This document shows positions 35,875 to 48,590 of a stretch of 64,000 nt of DNA, piece after piece. The stretch is from Octopus sinensis. Taxonomy: Eukaryota. Made by a program: the position numbers and the translations under genes. The stretch lies in the NCBI RefSeq assembly GCF_006345805.1, contig NC_043014.1, positions 34,782,001 through 34,846,000 of the forward strand. The letters are read 5' to 3'. Each line of letters begins with the position of its first letter. The stretch's first letter is position 1. The notes under the pieces are model-generated. The model saw nothing but the letters and a program-made list of their open reading frames with translations, was not told the origin of the DNA and made no database searches.

Positions 35875-37134
35875 TGTTAAGATAAAAAAGTATAGAAGAA
35901 ATTCATGGAAATGATACCCATGTTGGCAACAAAGGGTTTACATCTACATGGAAAAGGAAGATTGCATGAAATATGTATAAGAAGTGTGAAGTCTTCATGA
36001 CAGACATGAAACTGGAAAAAACATAGGTATTCTCTATTTGATGTTTAATACTGACCAGCAAGAGAGGCTGGGTTATAAATGTGCTGAGAGAATGATTAGG
36101 TATTAAATATACCAACGGAAACATGAAGGACTAGGCTGATTGGGAAAGAAGATTTGGGAAGGACTGAGAAAAAGAGCAAAAAAGATGTGCATAGGAAAAA
36201 GCAGTGAGGCTAGATCTCAGAATGCTGGGTTTCATAGAAAGGGATTTTTTTTTACTAGTTAGTTTGGGGCTGAAGGACTATGCCCATGGCTATAGTAACA
36301 GGCCCTTCTCCCAGACTGACAAGACTGAAGAGGCCAATATTCAACATGAATATACACAACACAATCTCAGCAGCAAAATTGCAGATAAAGAAAAAGCTGG
36401 AGGTTTATTCCGAATGTCTGTCACAAATCCAATCTAAACTTATATTGATATCTTGATTCAAGCAGAGCCATGATCAAAGGAAATCTAGTCATGACCATCC
36501 TACCTAAGGTTCAATGCTTGGGTGGGATGGTCATGACTAGATGATTGGATGACATAACACTGTTACATCACCCAATGTGTCCTTCATTTTTAAGATAGCT
36601 TGGTGTAATTTGGGGGAGATTTAGAGACTGTTTCTAGCATGTCATTAACCTCATAGTGGCCTCTCCATTGACTTGGGATCTCTTTATCGGATGTTACAAC
36701 AATAGTTGTGAGGAATGCTAAGTGTTACAAAAAATATTTTTCACTTTTGAAACGGATATCCTTATTTCTAAAATTAGGTATCAAAATAGCTAATTATATA
36801 AGAACAAATCATAGGCAGTTATTGCAGAATTAATTAAACTAAGTCCTATTTTCTATTCAATTATTTATTTTATTCATATATTTTGTCCCACCACATTTAC
36901 CTTCCTTTGTGGAATTAATATTATATTTTATTTTCCTGTAAAACCTACTTTTCAGGTTTCTTTTTCTTTTTATCAAAAAACAATTTGGCACGCTCAATGT
37001 CAAACTTAATCTGTCATCTTTACCTTGGTCCTTGGGTGCATTTAGTGGTGCATTTACTCTGTGACAAGCATTAAAACTAGATCTCCTATATGAAGTTAAC
37101 TTCCTCCCTTATATGTATATATAGTTATATACTC

Positions 37135-37292
37135 TATTTAAAAGCAGCAGAAATATAACAAAAACTGTCACTCAGAGTTTCACGTTCCTGTTTGTCGGAC
37201 AGTTTTGTTAAAATTTTAAGAAAACTGTCCGACGAACGGGAATGTGAAACTCTGAGTAACAGTTTTTGTTATATTTCTGCTGCTTTTAAATA
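37135..37292. repeat. 158-bp near-perfect palindrome
   Basis: Arms of ~77 bp with 5 mismatches, centred on AAAATTTT. Confidence 0.9.
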
Positions 37293-37583
37293 AAGCCTAT
37301 TACTCTACCTCTGGTATTTGAGTACTCTTTTTTCCACCTTGTTTCACATTTATGTGCTTACTCCGGTATATAGTTTTATATATATATGTACATAGATATA
37401 TATACACACACACACATATATATACACATACATGAATTTATATAAATATATACAGAAGACTTTTAGAATAATATTTATTATAATATATTTAATTTTTTCT
37501 ATATGATTTAATATAGATAATATCTTTCACTATCAATTGAATTACTTAATAGAGGTTATTACTCTTAATTATATACATACATA

Positions 37584-37999
37584 GGCGCAGGAGTGGCTGT
37601 GTGGTAAGTAGCTTGCTAACCAACCACCTGGTTCCGGGTTCAGTCCCACTGCGTGACATCTTGGGCAAGTGTCTTCTGCTATAGCCTCGGGCCGACCAAA
37701 GCCTTGTGAGTGGATCTGGTAGACGGAAACTGAAAGAAGCCTGTCGTATACATGTATATATATATATATATGTATGTGTGTGTATATGTTTGTGTGTCTG
37801 TGTTTGTCCCTCTAGCATTGCTTGACAACCGATGCTGGTGTATTTATGTCCCCGTCACTTAGTGGTTTGGCAAAAGAGACTGATAGAATAAGTACTGGGC
37901 TTACAAAGAATAAGTCCCAGGGACGATTTGCTCGACTAAAGATGGTGCTCCAGCATGGCCACAGTCAAATGACTGAAACAAGTAAAAGAGTAAAAGAGT
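37584..37999 (+). mobile_element. tRNA-derived SINE family A (representative); other copies at ~7050-7590(-), 25700-26090(-), 28351-28735(+), 31289-31650(+), 34080-34456(+), 34797-35192(-), 52205-52680(+), 54886-55240(+), 62576-62940(-)
   Basis: Head GGCGCAGGAGTGGCTGTGTGG...GGTTCAGTCCC (A/B boxes), internal (TA)n/(TG)n, tail GCTCCAGCATGGCC...GACTGAAACAA(GTAAAAGA)n. Confidence 0.9.
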
Positions 38000-38047
38000 A
38001 TACATACATATATATATATATATTATATATGTATATATATGTATATA

Positions 38048-38125
<78 letters not shown>

Positions 38126-38127
<2 letters not shown>

Positions 38128-38728
38128 CATAAGGGACTAAAGCCATCTGAATATGGCTAGGGACAGGGCAGGGTGGTGGGGGTGTTACTGTTGCATTTAG
38201 CCCCAGGCGAACATCGACGTCACCAGGTAGGCCCGACACCGTCACGGTGTCCTTTAACCTGCAAAGGGAGGTAATTCCCCGATGAAGCGGAAACCACACA
38301 CGGACCATGGTTTCAAGGTGTATTGCCTATCGTCGGCGTGTGGTAGGCTTCCGCTTCCTCGACGAATTCTCACTCTGCAGGATATTCATATATAGATTTT
38401 CAAGCAAAATACATTTGCTGATTTCGAAAATCTGTTCGAAAGCAATAATAATTCTCTAAAAGAGATATAGACAGTAACTGCTCGATAACATAAGGGACTA
38501 AAGCCATCTGAATATGGCTAGGGACAGGGCAGGGTGGTGGGGGTTGCAGGTTAAAGGACACCGTGATGGTGTCGGGCCTACCTGGTGACGTCGATGTTCG
38601 CCTGGGGCTAAATGCAACAGTAACACCCCCACCACCCTGCCCTGTCCCTAGCCATATTCAGATGGCTTTAGTCCCTTATGTTATCGAGCAGTTACTGTCT
38701 ATATCTCTTTTAGAGAATTATTATTGCT
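38126..38728. mobile_element. GC-rich structured element with nested inverted and direct duplications, flanked by (TA)n
   Basis: X (38126-38264) is inverted at 38544-38682; its 5' part is repeated directly at 38487-38543; 38441-38543 pairs with 38626-38728; internal hairpin at 38258-38381. Confidence 0.8.
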
Positions 38729-38789
38729 ATATATATATATATATATATGTATATATGTGAATATATGCAGTGAATATATTGTCTAAATT

Positions 38790-39643
38790 GTGCAAAAATG
38801 AAAATAACACTAACATCTCATTTTAACAGATATATTTACCGAAATTACATAAAAATACTTTGAGATACTAAAGAATAAATTTATTCAATAAAATCACCAT
38901 TGGCTTCAACCACGCCCTCCAGACAACTTTGGAATCTCCTGCAACTATGCTGGATGGTCTCTTTGTTTAAGTTAGTGAATGCTGCCATAATCCTTGCCTT
39001 CAGTTCATCATTGGTGTAACAGGGGATTTTGTTCTCTCTTACTCAACTGCATTCCACACATAATAATCAGGGGGTTGCAGTCTGTAAAGTCAGGTGGCCA
39101 GATGTTAGGGGTGATGTGGTCGCAGAAATTGTCTGACAGCCATGACTGGGTTCTCCTGCTTGTGTGGCATGCTGCAGAGTCCTGTTGCAAGGTATAGGGT
39201 CTTCCAGCAGCCACACTCTTGACCCAGTGCAGCACCACCTCCTCCAGGCACTTCATGTAAGCCTCCGTGTTGTATATGAGGTTGTGTGGGAAGATGAATG
39301 GAAGCGTGACATCGCCATCACTAGTGATCACTCCAACACCATAATGGTGACTGGATGTCTGATTTTTATCACTCTCAGTACATGTCCTCAGATTGCACTG
39401 TCCTCAGATTGATACCCAAACACTCTGAAATGTTGGTATTGGATCTTCCGGCATGAATGCCAAGCATTACAGCATGTTGTTTCCAAATTTCTGGGAGAGT
39501 GAATTGTATCATGGTACTGTTTTTCTCACAGATGGTGCCCAACTGACCCTACTATACTGTGTAGTCAACAAAATCAAAAACAGACAATGCACATGTGCAA
39601 AATTAAAAACATAAAATGGCAACAATTTACCCATTGCACCCGG
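38790..39643 (-). mobile_element. Second, distinct DD37D (maT-like) transposon remnant, internally deleted
   Basis: QQDSAACHTSRRTQSWLSDNFCDHITPNIWPPDFTDCNPL gives 37-residue spacing to a frameshifted third D; one TA-flanked end CCGGGTGCAATGGGTAAATTG at 39643; the other end is uncertain. Confidence 0.8.
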
Positions 39644-39803
39644 TATATACACAAATCTAAATACATACATATATATGTATGTATATATATACAAAATAAG
39701 AAAATGGAGGAATAGATATCTTTCAATCATCAACTACTAGATAATACCAATTCATATAATTTATTAACTAATTATTTAGGAACACCCAGATCAAACAGAA
39801 TAA

Positions 39804-40211
39804 TCTCTATATATATAAACGGCAGTTTGTCTGTCTGTGTGTCTGTGTGGCTGTCAGGTTGTACCCTCGCCCTGACCACGGCTTTCAACTGATTCTGATG
39901 AAACTTGACACACACATAGCCCAATGTCATAGTTCAAAACTAATGCAGCGAAAATTTTGAAAAGTTCCCCCATTTCTGAAAAAAATCGATAAATTCGACA
40001 TGAGGTCGAGAATCTAAGCTTTTTATATGCAACACATTTTCTGTTGGGAGACAGCTAGGAACATCGTATACATAGAAGTATTCGAGTGAAGAGAAGAGAT
40101 TGCAACCTACACATGCGCCTTCGTTCCCTAGAGGGAAAGAACTAGATTGGGATTAGTCGTTGCCTACTAGGGGCTCTTACATATCCGGGCAACGCCGGGC
40201 TATGCTGCTAG
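39804..40211 (+). mobile_element. Non-autonomous Helitron
   Basis: A|TC 5' end, subterminal hairpin CCGGGCAACGCCGGG (40185-40199), CTAG|T 3' end, no TSD. Confidence 0.85.
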
Positions 40212-40458
40212 TACAGAATAAAACATTATCTAGTAGTTGATGATTGAAAGATATCTATTCCTCCATTTTCTTATTTTGTATTATGAATTTGAGGTAAAAC
40301 ATTTTACCTTTACCCATATAATACAATAAATGAATTAATTGCATTACAATTCTTAGCATTTATGTATTAGCCTTTATGGGTACTTTACTGGCAGTATATT
40401 GGATAAATGATATCCCATAGTGAGTTACACTCATAACCCCTATCTCACTTTGTAATTT

Positions 40459-40506
<48 letters not shown>

Positions 40507-40509
40507 ATA

Positions 40510-40915
40510 TCTTCTATTTTTTAATTATTATAAATCTTCCACTGAGGAGGGAGCCAGTTTGCAACAAAGATACAAGGCTCCATCTTTGGGATGTAGTTAA
40601 CACAGACAAATTCACATTTGGAACTTGGGAATAGTCTTGCATATTTTTACTGTTCCACTCACAGATTGCACTTGTAATGTATGAATCAGTCAGTCAATAT
40701 CTCTTTCTGAAAATCCCAGTTTATCCAGATTCTCCTTTAAGCATTTACTAACAAAACTTAGTGCTCCAATTAGAATTGGTATGAATATGAATTCATAGTC
40801 CGGATATAGAAGCTGGAGGTTTTGAAGCAGTTGTCTGTAGATATCCTCTTTTACTGTGATTTTCAAAGAGATATTTATATCTCCAGGGTAGCTGACTTCT
40901 ATCATGGTACAGATC
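40510..40915 (-). mobile_element. 3' end of an R4/Dong-like RLE-endonuclease non-LTR retrotransposon
   Basis: IEVSYPGDINISLKITVKEDIYRQL...FIPILIGALSFV...LDKLGF...SVSGTVKICKT resembles RLE C-termini; embedded between (TA)n and (GTAT)n tracts. Confidence 0.65.
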
Positions 40916-40925
40916 TTTGCCCCTT

Positions 40926-40959
<34 letters not shown>

Positions 40960-41456
40960 TGTATGTATGTATGTACGTATGTATAAAGTTAGTGTTTAAG
41001 CCTTCCTAGAATTAAGACTGAATGAATGTGGTGATAAAGCTGTCACTTTTATATTAATAACTATGCAAGACTGGTGGGAATATTATCTGTATGGACTTAA
41101 AGGATTGGTCACTATTTAGTTATATAATTTAGGAGTTAGTTATAGGTTTACTTATTGAATTTATTTACTGATACTGTTGTACATGGAGTAAATGTGTTTC
41201 TTCGTGGTAGTCTAATTAATTAAGTTAGTGTTTAATCCTTCATAGAATTAAAATTGAATGAATGTGGTAATATCTAAGGTATGTTTGTTCCCAAACAACA
41301 CTTATTTTAGTGCTATTGACACCGCTGGATTGAATGGTACTGCCCAGGTGTCGAAACTATAGTGATATCCATGGGGCAGCTGATGATGGAAGTATGTTGG
41401 ATTGTTGGTAAGGCTGTTATTGTATGTATGGAATAGTATTATAACACATCCATTTG

Positions 41457-41494
<38 letters not shown>

Positions 41495-41544
41495 AATTTA
41501 TGTATATGTATGTGTATATATATATAAACAAAAAATAAACTCCA

Positions 41545-41785
41545 TCAAATGTCAGAGGGGTAAGCTAGAGGTAGTTGATAGCTTCTGTTATCTAGGTGAC
41601 CAAATCAGTAGTGGAGGTGGATGCGCCTAGAGAATAGCTGCAAGAATAAGAATAGGTTGGACAAAGTTCAGAGAGCTCCTACCTCTGTTAGAGTCTGGCG
41701 CAGCCCCTCAGCTTACCAGCCCTGGTCAAACCATCCAACCCATGCCAGCATGGACAACAGATGTTAAATGATGATGATGATGATA
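41545..41785 (+). mobile_element. Internally deleted RTE: mid-ORF2 fragment fused directly to the 3' tail
   Basis: GKLEVVDSFCYLGDQISSGGG...RIGWTKFRELLPLL followed immediately by CCATCCAACCCATGCCAGCATGG...(GAT)n. Confidence 0.7.
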
Positions 41786-42540
41786 TATATATATATATAT
41801 TATATATATATATATAACAAAATAAGCAATAAGGATATCCAAAGGTAGTGTAGTACAATTGTTTCAGGCTACTTCATTTAATTAAACAATGTAAGTATTA
41901 CATCAGTTTTAAAATGTAGAGCACTCTTCAGCCAGATATGAAATTTTTAAAATTAAATTGACAATGTTCATTTTTATACTTATTCCATTTGTCAACATTA
42001 CAAAGAGGGTAGGTATATAGACAGAGAGGTGAATTTCATCAGGGGAGTGTGCTGAGGACTTCCTATCTTTGGGTAAAATAAAATACAGGAGGATCAATAA
42101 ATAGTGATTTTATTCAACATATTCCCCTCTTAGATTCACATACTTATAGCAGCAGTCCTTCAGTTTTTCTAAGTCCTGTAAAAGAGTTCGGAAGACTGGG
42201 CCTCCAATCAGGCCTTTCATGATTGAGGAAAGACTCAAAATCCACAGAAACTGATGTGGCCTATGCCAGCCAACGATAATGTATAAAAGTTTGTAGAAGA
42301 AAAATAAATTAAAGTGAGATGATTTATTGTGATGAGTAAGAAAATCCAACATGTTGAACGATTGTCCTTTGAAAAGAAAGTAAATGTAGAGGCTTTAATA
42401 CCACAGGTTGCAAAATTCATGAATGAGCATTACACAACAGAAATCTCTGTTACTTTTTCTTTATTGCTGGTAGCAAATATAATTGTTGGTCTAGATACAT
42501 ACAATGCTGCAATAATTTGGGATAGTGGTTTCAGGGCTAG

Positions 42541-42584
42541 TCAGTTTGATGGGATTGCTATATCATGTGCTTTTAATCTCTTGA
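42541..42584 (-). CDS. Candidate terminal coding exon (-VKRLKAHDIAIPSN*)
   Basis: Strong acceptor ccctactctcctctttttccAG; the longest open frame is phase 1, ending in TGA, with AATAAA motifs downstream. No homology recognised. Confidence 0.25.
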
Positions 42585-42789
42585 CTGGAAAAAAGAGGAG
42601 AGTAGGGTGAATTTTTCTCTCCTGTGATTCTTGTTATATATAGATTTGTTTCTCTTTATCCATTCTGTATTTCTCTGACACACATCTATCATTAAATCAT
42701 TTATAAAATTAATTAAATTTCAAAAATTATTCTAGTGTAAGAACTACAGCTATTTTGAAATTTAGTTTTCTCTTTAGTGTAATTTGTGA

Positions 42790-43125
42790 TCCTTAAAAAT
42801 CCTTTAAAATGTTTTAGCCTGAAGGCCTCGGCCATGCTGGGGCACCACCACTGAATGAGCTACACAAATATGTGAATCCACCTCTGATACGTGGCACTTG
42901 GTCAACAAGGGAGTTTGATGCCGCTGCCCGCATCTGTGTCTCCTGTCGTGAGGTAGGTTCATCTGGGACCCCCGACAAGAAGATATCCAGTTTAGTTTTA
43001 AAGAAACCCACATCCACACCATGCAAGTCTCTCAGGCATTTAGGGAGATGTTTAAAATTCAAATTCAAAATGTATGTTTTCAATTTTTTCTCAACCTCCT
43101 CCTCCCTAATTACTCTCTTCAAAGG
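42790..43125 (-). mobile_element. CR1/L2-group LINE 3' end whose terminus resembles the tail of the dominant SINE
   Basis: LPKCLRDLHGVDVGFFKTKLDIFLSGVPDEP; terminus GGTGGTGCCCCAGCATGGCCGAGGCCTTCAGGCTAAAACA. Confidence 0.75.
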
Positions 43126-43615
43126 TTCAATAGGATTGTCATTGAATTCCTATAATATTAGGACACTTCAACTCAATATCATTTACTATGCTGCTAAGTG
43201 TGTGTGCATTCTGAATACTGGAACAGGATGAACTGAACTTTATTATAATAAAGTAGAACCACAAACCAAAAACTGGGTTCAGCATAACTGACAATACTCT
43301 TCCCTATTCATTTGTGGTTTTCTGCCTTGCATTCTAAGAAGCAATTATATGACAGTAAACTTGAAATCTGCTTTATATTTTGTCTTTTAACTGTTTACTT
43401 ATTTCAGTCATTGGACAGTAGCCATGCTGGAGCACCACCTTGAAGGACTTCGTAAAAAAAAAATTGACTCCAGTAGTATTTTTTAAATTTGGCATTTATT
43501 CTATCAATCTCTTTTGACAAACCACAAATGAAGGGGGATATAAATAAACTAACATCTGTTATCAAGTGGTAGAGAGAGGACAAACTCAAAAACACACACA
43601 CTACATAAATACATG

Positions 43616-43687
<72 letters not shown>

Positions 43688-43874
43688 ATCCAAACAAGAA
43701 AACACAGAAAAAAACACAGAAAAAAAACACAGCAACGCGAGGACGTGGAACAATTAAAGTATTATTTGACGCTCAGGAAAGAAGGGAAGGAGGGTTTAAC
43801 GTTTCGAGTGGAGCTCTTCGTCGGAAACAAGGAGAAGGAAAGATCCCGAGAAGGGAAGACAGGGAAGAGATCAC

Positions 43875-43909
<35 letters not shown>

Positions 43910-43911
43910 TA

Positions 43912-43942
<31 letters not shown>

Positions 43943-44109
43943 CAATCTGTAAGGAGGTTGATGTTAGGAAGGGCATCCAGCTGTAAAAACCCTGCCAAAA
44001 CAGACAGCGAAGTCTGGTTTGGTTTCTGCCTAGCCAGTCCCTGTCAAGCTGTCCAGCCCATGCCAGCATGGAAAACAGACATTAAATGATGATGATGATG
44101 ATGAGGGTG

Positions 44110-44141
<32 letters not shown>

Positions 44142-44289
44142 GACACAGTAGCCTTGGGTAGATTTTCTACCTGGCCGGCTCCTGTTAACCATCCTACCGA
44201 TGCATGCATGGAAGGTGGACATTAAACAATGATGATGCTGATGATGCTGAAGATGACGATGATATATATATGTATATATATTGTATAAA

Positions 44290-45060
44290 TCATCATCAAC
44301 ATCATCATCATCATCTTTTAACATCTGTTTTCCATGCTGGTATGGGTTTGACGGTTTGATTGGGGACTGGCAAACCAGGAGGCCGACCCAGGCTCCAATC
44401 TGATCTGGCAATGTTTCTACAGCTGGATGCCCTTCCTAACGCCAACCACTCTGAGAGTGTAGTAGGTGCTTTTTATGTGCCACTGGCATGGGAGCCAGTC
44501 AGGTAGCACTGGCATTGGCCATGTTCGGATGGTGCTTTTTATGTGCTACCAGAACAGGAGCCAGTCTGGGGGGGGGGGCTGGTATCGATCATGTTCGGAA
44601 GGTGTTATTTTGTGCCACCGGCATGGGGAGCCACTCAGGTGGTACTGGCAATGACTCATGCATGAATGGTGCTTATTGCGTGCCACCAGCACGAGAGCCA
44701 GTCAGGAGGCACTGGCATCAGCCACAACTACAATTTCTATTTTTGATTGTGATTTGATTTTTGATTTTACTTGACTCAATAAGTTTCCTCAAGCATGGCG
44801 TGTCACCTGACGATTCAAAGGTACTTTTTAAATGGGCTAGTTATGTGACACTGGTGTAGGTTATGGCTGTGATCTCACTTTAATTGCTTGGTCTTCTCAA
44901 TCACAGCATATTTCCAGAGGTCTTGGTCTCTTGTCATTGCCTCTCTGAGGCCCAACGTTTGAAGATCAATGCTTCACTACCTTATCCCATGTCTTCCTGG
45001 ATCTCCCTCTTCCATAGGTTCCTTCCACTGTTTGGGAGTGACACTTTTTCACACAACTCT
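44290..45060 (-). mobile_element. RTE LINE 3' end: ORF2 C-terminus joined to a long, internally repetitive 3' UTR with (GAT)n tail
   Basis: Minus translation TVEGTYGRGRSRKTWDKVVK...DQDLWKYAVIEKTKQ, followed directly by the UTR found in the 4-5.7 kb array and the common tail GGCGTTAGGAAGGGCATCCAGCTGTAGAAAC...GATGATGAT. Confidence 0.8.
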
Positions 45061-46744
45061 CCTCATCCATACGCAGCAGTTGACTATGGTGCTGCTACAC
45101 CAGTCATTGGGTATGACTCCTTTGTGCCACACAGTTTTTGCCTGCCAAAATCAATCACAAGGCATTGGTTAACTATGGGCTATAGTAGAAGACACTTGAC
45201 CAAAATGCTGTACAGTGGGACTGAACCCAAAACTATTATGGTTGCAAAATGAACTTCTTAATCACACACCCATGCTTATGCCTACACATAGCCATACCTA
45301 TGTTTGCAAAATAGATGCTTAAATGACAGCATACCATATCTCAAATGTGAAATAAATTTACAACTGAAGATGAACTACTTAAAAAAAAACAGAAGCATTT
45401 AACTGCAACATTAAAACAGTATAAGCAATATGCCCTAGTCTTATTAGGCAATGTTGTTTCAAAGCATGAATTAATATGTGGACTATTGTTGTTTAACTCC
45501 CAGGTCAACTCTGATTAGAGCAGACCTTTCATCAAATATGTACCAACAAGTATACTATTTAATGTATCCTTTTCTTTATTAAGAGGGCAGGGATAATTTG
45601 TTAAAGGGTTAAGAGACATATTATATAATAATAATGAAATTATTGTATACAGTGCTCAGGTGCACCACAAATGCTCAGGTGCACTACAAATGCTCAGGTG
45701 CACCATATTGTGATGTATTACTTGTACTGGTGTTGGCATTCACATGAATTGTGTTGACTCCATTCACTGAATCCACAGCATCATGAACAGAAGCCAACCA
45801 GATGTCTGATGGAGAGATTTTCAACTACTTATGATGCCACAAGAAGACATTATATAGGCAAAGATCAGATAACAACTGGAAATCCAACTTGATTGTAAAC
45901 ATTTTTAGCTGTCCACCTCACTGCTTATGCCATCCCAAAAAAGGCTTTGATATGGCTGCATGCAAATTAGTTCACTGTGTGGGTAACCAAATCAATGGGA
46001 CCTATTTTGTGTAGGAGTGGCTGAAAGGAATCAGCATAGTAATAATAAAAGACTTCAGTTCAATACAAAATCCAGAGCCGCTGCATGTTTGATCCTTTCA
46101 TAATTCCAATTTCAATCAAGCAAATGCAGTTTAAGTACCTTAAAGAGTTTTGAAACTAATCAAGAATTTTGAGAGAATTAGTAACTTTATTTATTGATTT
46201 TATTAGTATAATTTATCAGATACAATGTTTGGAACTCAACAAAAGGCTATTACATGAAACCAAGATGAAATCTTTTTCTTTTGAAATCACAATATTTTGG
46301 TAGAGATTTAAATTTAAATATATCTACTTTAACATTAGTTGTTTTTGTTTAGCTCCAGGCCAGCCTTGTTAGGCAGACTGATGATTAAAGGCCGTTCAGC
46401 TGTAAACCATCCTATATTCATACGTGTAGGGAACTCAGGACTACAATACCCAGTGTACCCATTTCTAAGATGATGGGGTGTAATCTGAAAGAAATTTGGC
46501 TGCTATTTTTAACAAGCCAAGTGACCACACAGAAGCTCCCTTATTGGCTTACAACTCACTCATTGGCTTGTAGTTTGTGTTACTGCTGTTGCTGGTGTCA
46601 TTGACTATCATGATTGATATCAACCTGTGCTAGACCTCCCTTGGTTCTACAATACCAGATAATCTGAAACAGCTGCTTCAGATTGGTTGGTAATGCAGAA
46701 CCAAGAGCAGTCTTGCACAGGTTGATATGAATCATGTTAAACTA

Positions 46745-47487
46745 CGAGGGGGATGCTGCAAAGTATCTGGTTTTAAGGATATCATGAGAGGCCTGGTTGG
46801 AGGCCCAAGCTTCTGAGTTCTTTTACAGGGCTTTGAAAAACTGAAGGACTGCTGCAATAAGTGTGTGAATCTGAGAGGGGAATATCATCATCATCATCAT
46901 CATTTAACGTCTGCTTTCCATGCTGGCATGGTTTGGACGATTTGACTGAGGTCTGGCGAACCAGACTCCAATCTGATCTGGCAGAGTTTCTACAGCTGGA
47001 TGCCCTTCCTAACGCCAACCACTCCGAGAGTGTAGTTTTATGTGCCACCGGCATGAGGGCCAGTTTGGTGGTACTGGCAACGGCCACGCCCAAATGGTGC
47101 TTTTTACGTGCCACCTGCACAGGAGCCAGTCCAGCAGCACTGGCGACGACCTCGCTCGAATATTTCACATGCCACAAGCACAAGTGCTAGTAAGGTGACG
47201 CAGTAACGATCACGCTCAAAAGGTGTGCTTAACGTGCCATCGGCACAAAGGCTAGCTTGTTGCTCTGGCAACGATTTCACTCGTATGGTACTCTTAGCGC
47301 TCCACTAGCAACGGATGCCAGTCACCGAATTTGATTTCGACTTCGATTTCACTTGCCTCAACTGGTCTTCGCAAGCAGAGTTTAGTGTCCAATGAAGAAA
47401 AGGCACGCATAAGTGGGCTAACAAAATCATAATTAACTGTATTCTTTTTTTTTGACACAAAGCCAGGAACTTTTCAGCGTCTCCTCG
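46745..47487 (+). mobile_element. Mariner-derived MITE interrupted by an RTE 3' insertion (46885-47420); related partial copy at ~42043-42240 (-)
   Basis: TA|CGAGGGGGATGCTGCAAAG and CTTTTCAGCGTCTCCTCG|TA; the family retains a mariner C-terminus (LEKLKDCCYKYVNLRGEYVE in the 42 kb copy). Confidence 0.75.
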
Positions 47488-48249
47488 TAGGATTACTCCA
47501 ATATTTCCTGATCTCAATACACAAATCATGTTATTAGCCAATCACCACTTAACATATAGAATATACTCAAAAGAATACACTACTTTAAACCAGTTGATAG
47601 AATTTTTTAAAAAATACAATAAATATATAATTAAAAGTGTTCATAAATACATTAGAATAACCTCAACAATATGAAGAGAAAGAAACTAAATAAAGTGATT
47701 CGTCATACATAACTACTCAATGAAGCATGTCTAACTTAATTATATAGCTTTTATATTTCCAAGTAATTTGTTTTACACAATAGTCATAAAAACTGCATGA
47801 CTTTGAGTGAATTATTAAGGGAACTGCTATGTGGTCATTCAATATATTAGAAATAGATACTAAATTTTCTTTCAATCACACACTGTGGTCTTTAGGTAAG
47901 CAATAATTAAGACTACATTATATGATTCAGTAAAAGATATGTAACAAAGGCTGAATAGTCCTCGTGGGAATGTTTTGATTATATTTCTTCTAATGAAGTG
48001 CTAATATGGTACTAAACAAGAATAATGTGACCTAAAAGCAACAATGGCAGTATTTCCTCTTTTTACTTTGCAAACAGGTAAGGAAAGGTCTTTGTCAATC
48101 AAATTGAATGGATATTAAATCTGAGTGTATGTACGTATGGCATGTGTGTGTGTGTGGTAGGGTGTTATTTAGATACACACACATACATGCACATACACAG
48201 ACAAAGACACAGGTATATTAATATCAGAAAAATCGAATGCCTTTACTAA

Positions 48250-48590
48250 CCTGTGAAGAACCTACCTGCTACTGTAACAGAAGAAAACATCACTATTAGA
48301 CATGAAGGCCTGGTCCAAAGCAAAGGATTCAAATACCTAGACATCATCTCAGATAATGTATAATTGGACCAGGAAATTACAGAATGAGCAGAGCTCACAG
48401 AATGGAAAGCAACAGACTTCCAAGACAACTCCTTTACTCCCAACTATGGAAGAGGAGAAGAAACCATGGAAGGCCTAGACTGAGATTCAAAGATGCTGCA
48501 AAAAGAAATATGAATTGGAAAGGAATTGATCACAATAAATGTCAAACTCAAGAGAAAAACCGAGCAATATTGGAGAAAGCTTAAAGCTTA
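48250..48590 (+). mobile_element. RTE-BovB-like ORF2 3' fragment
   Basis: RMESNRLPRQLLYSQL...GRPRLRFKDAAKRNM motif. Confidence 0.75.

Noticed and set aside
38258-38682. HDV-like or hammerhead ribozyme, or a DIRS ITR/ICR layout, in the 38 kb element
   Set aside because: I could not assemble the nested P1/P1.1/P2/P3 pairings or a GAAA after stem II. The internal repeat is an inverted copy of the right end only, not an end-to-end junction template.
42329-42610. 93-aa plus-strand ORF
   Set aside because: It has no recognisable motif or splice support; the minus strand has the better acceptor and poly(A) signals.
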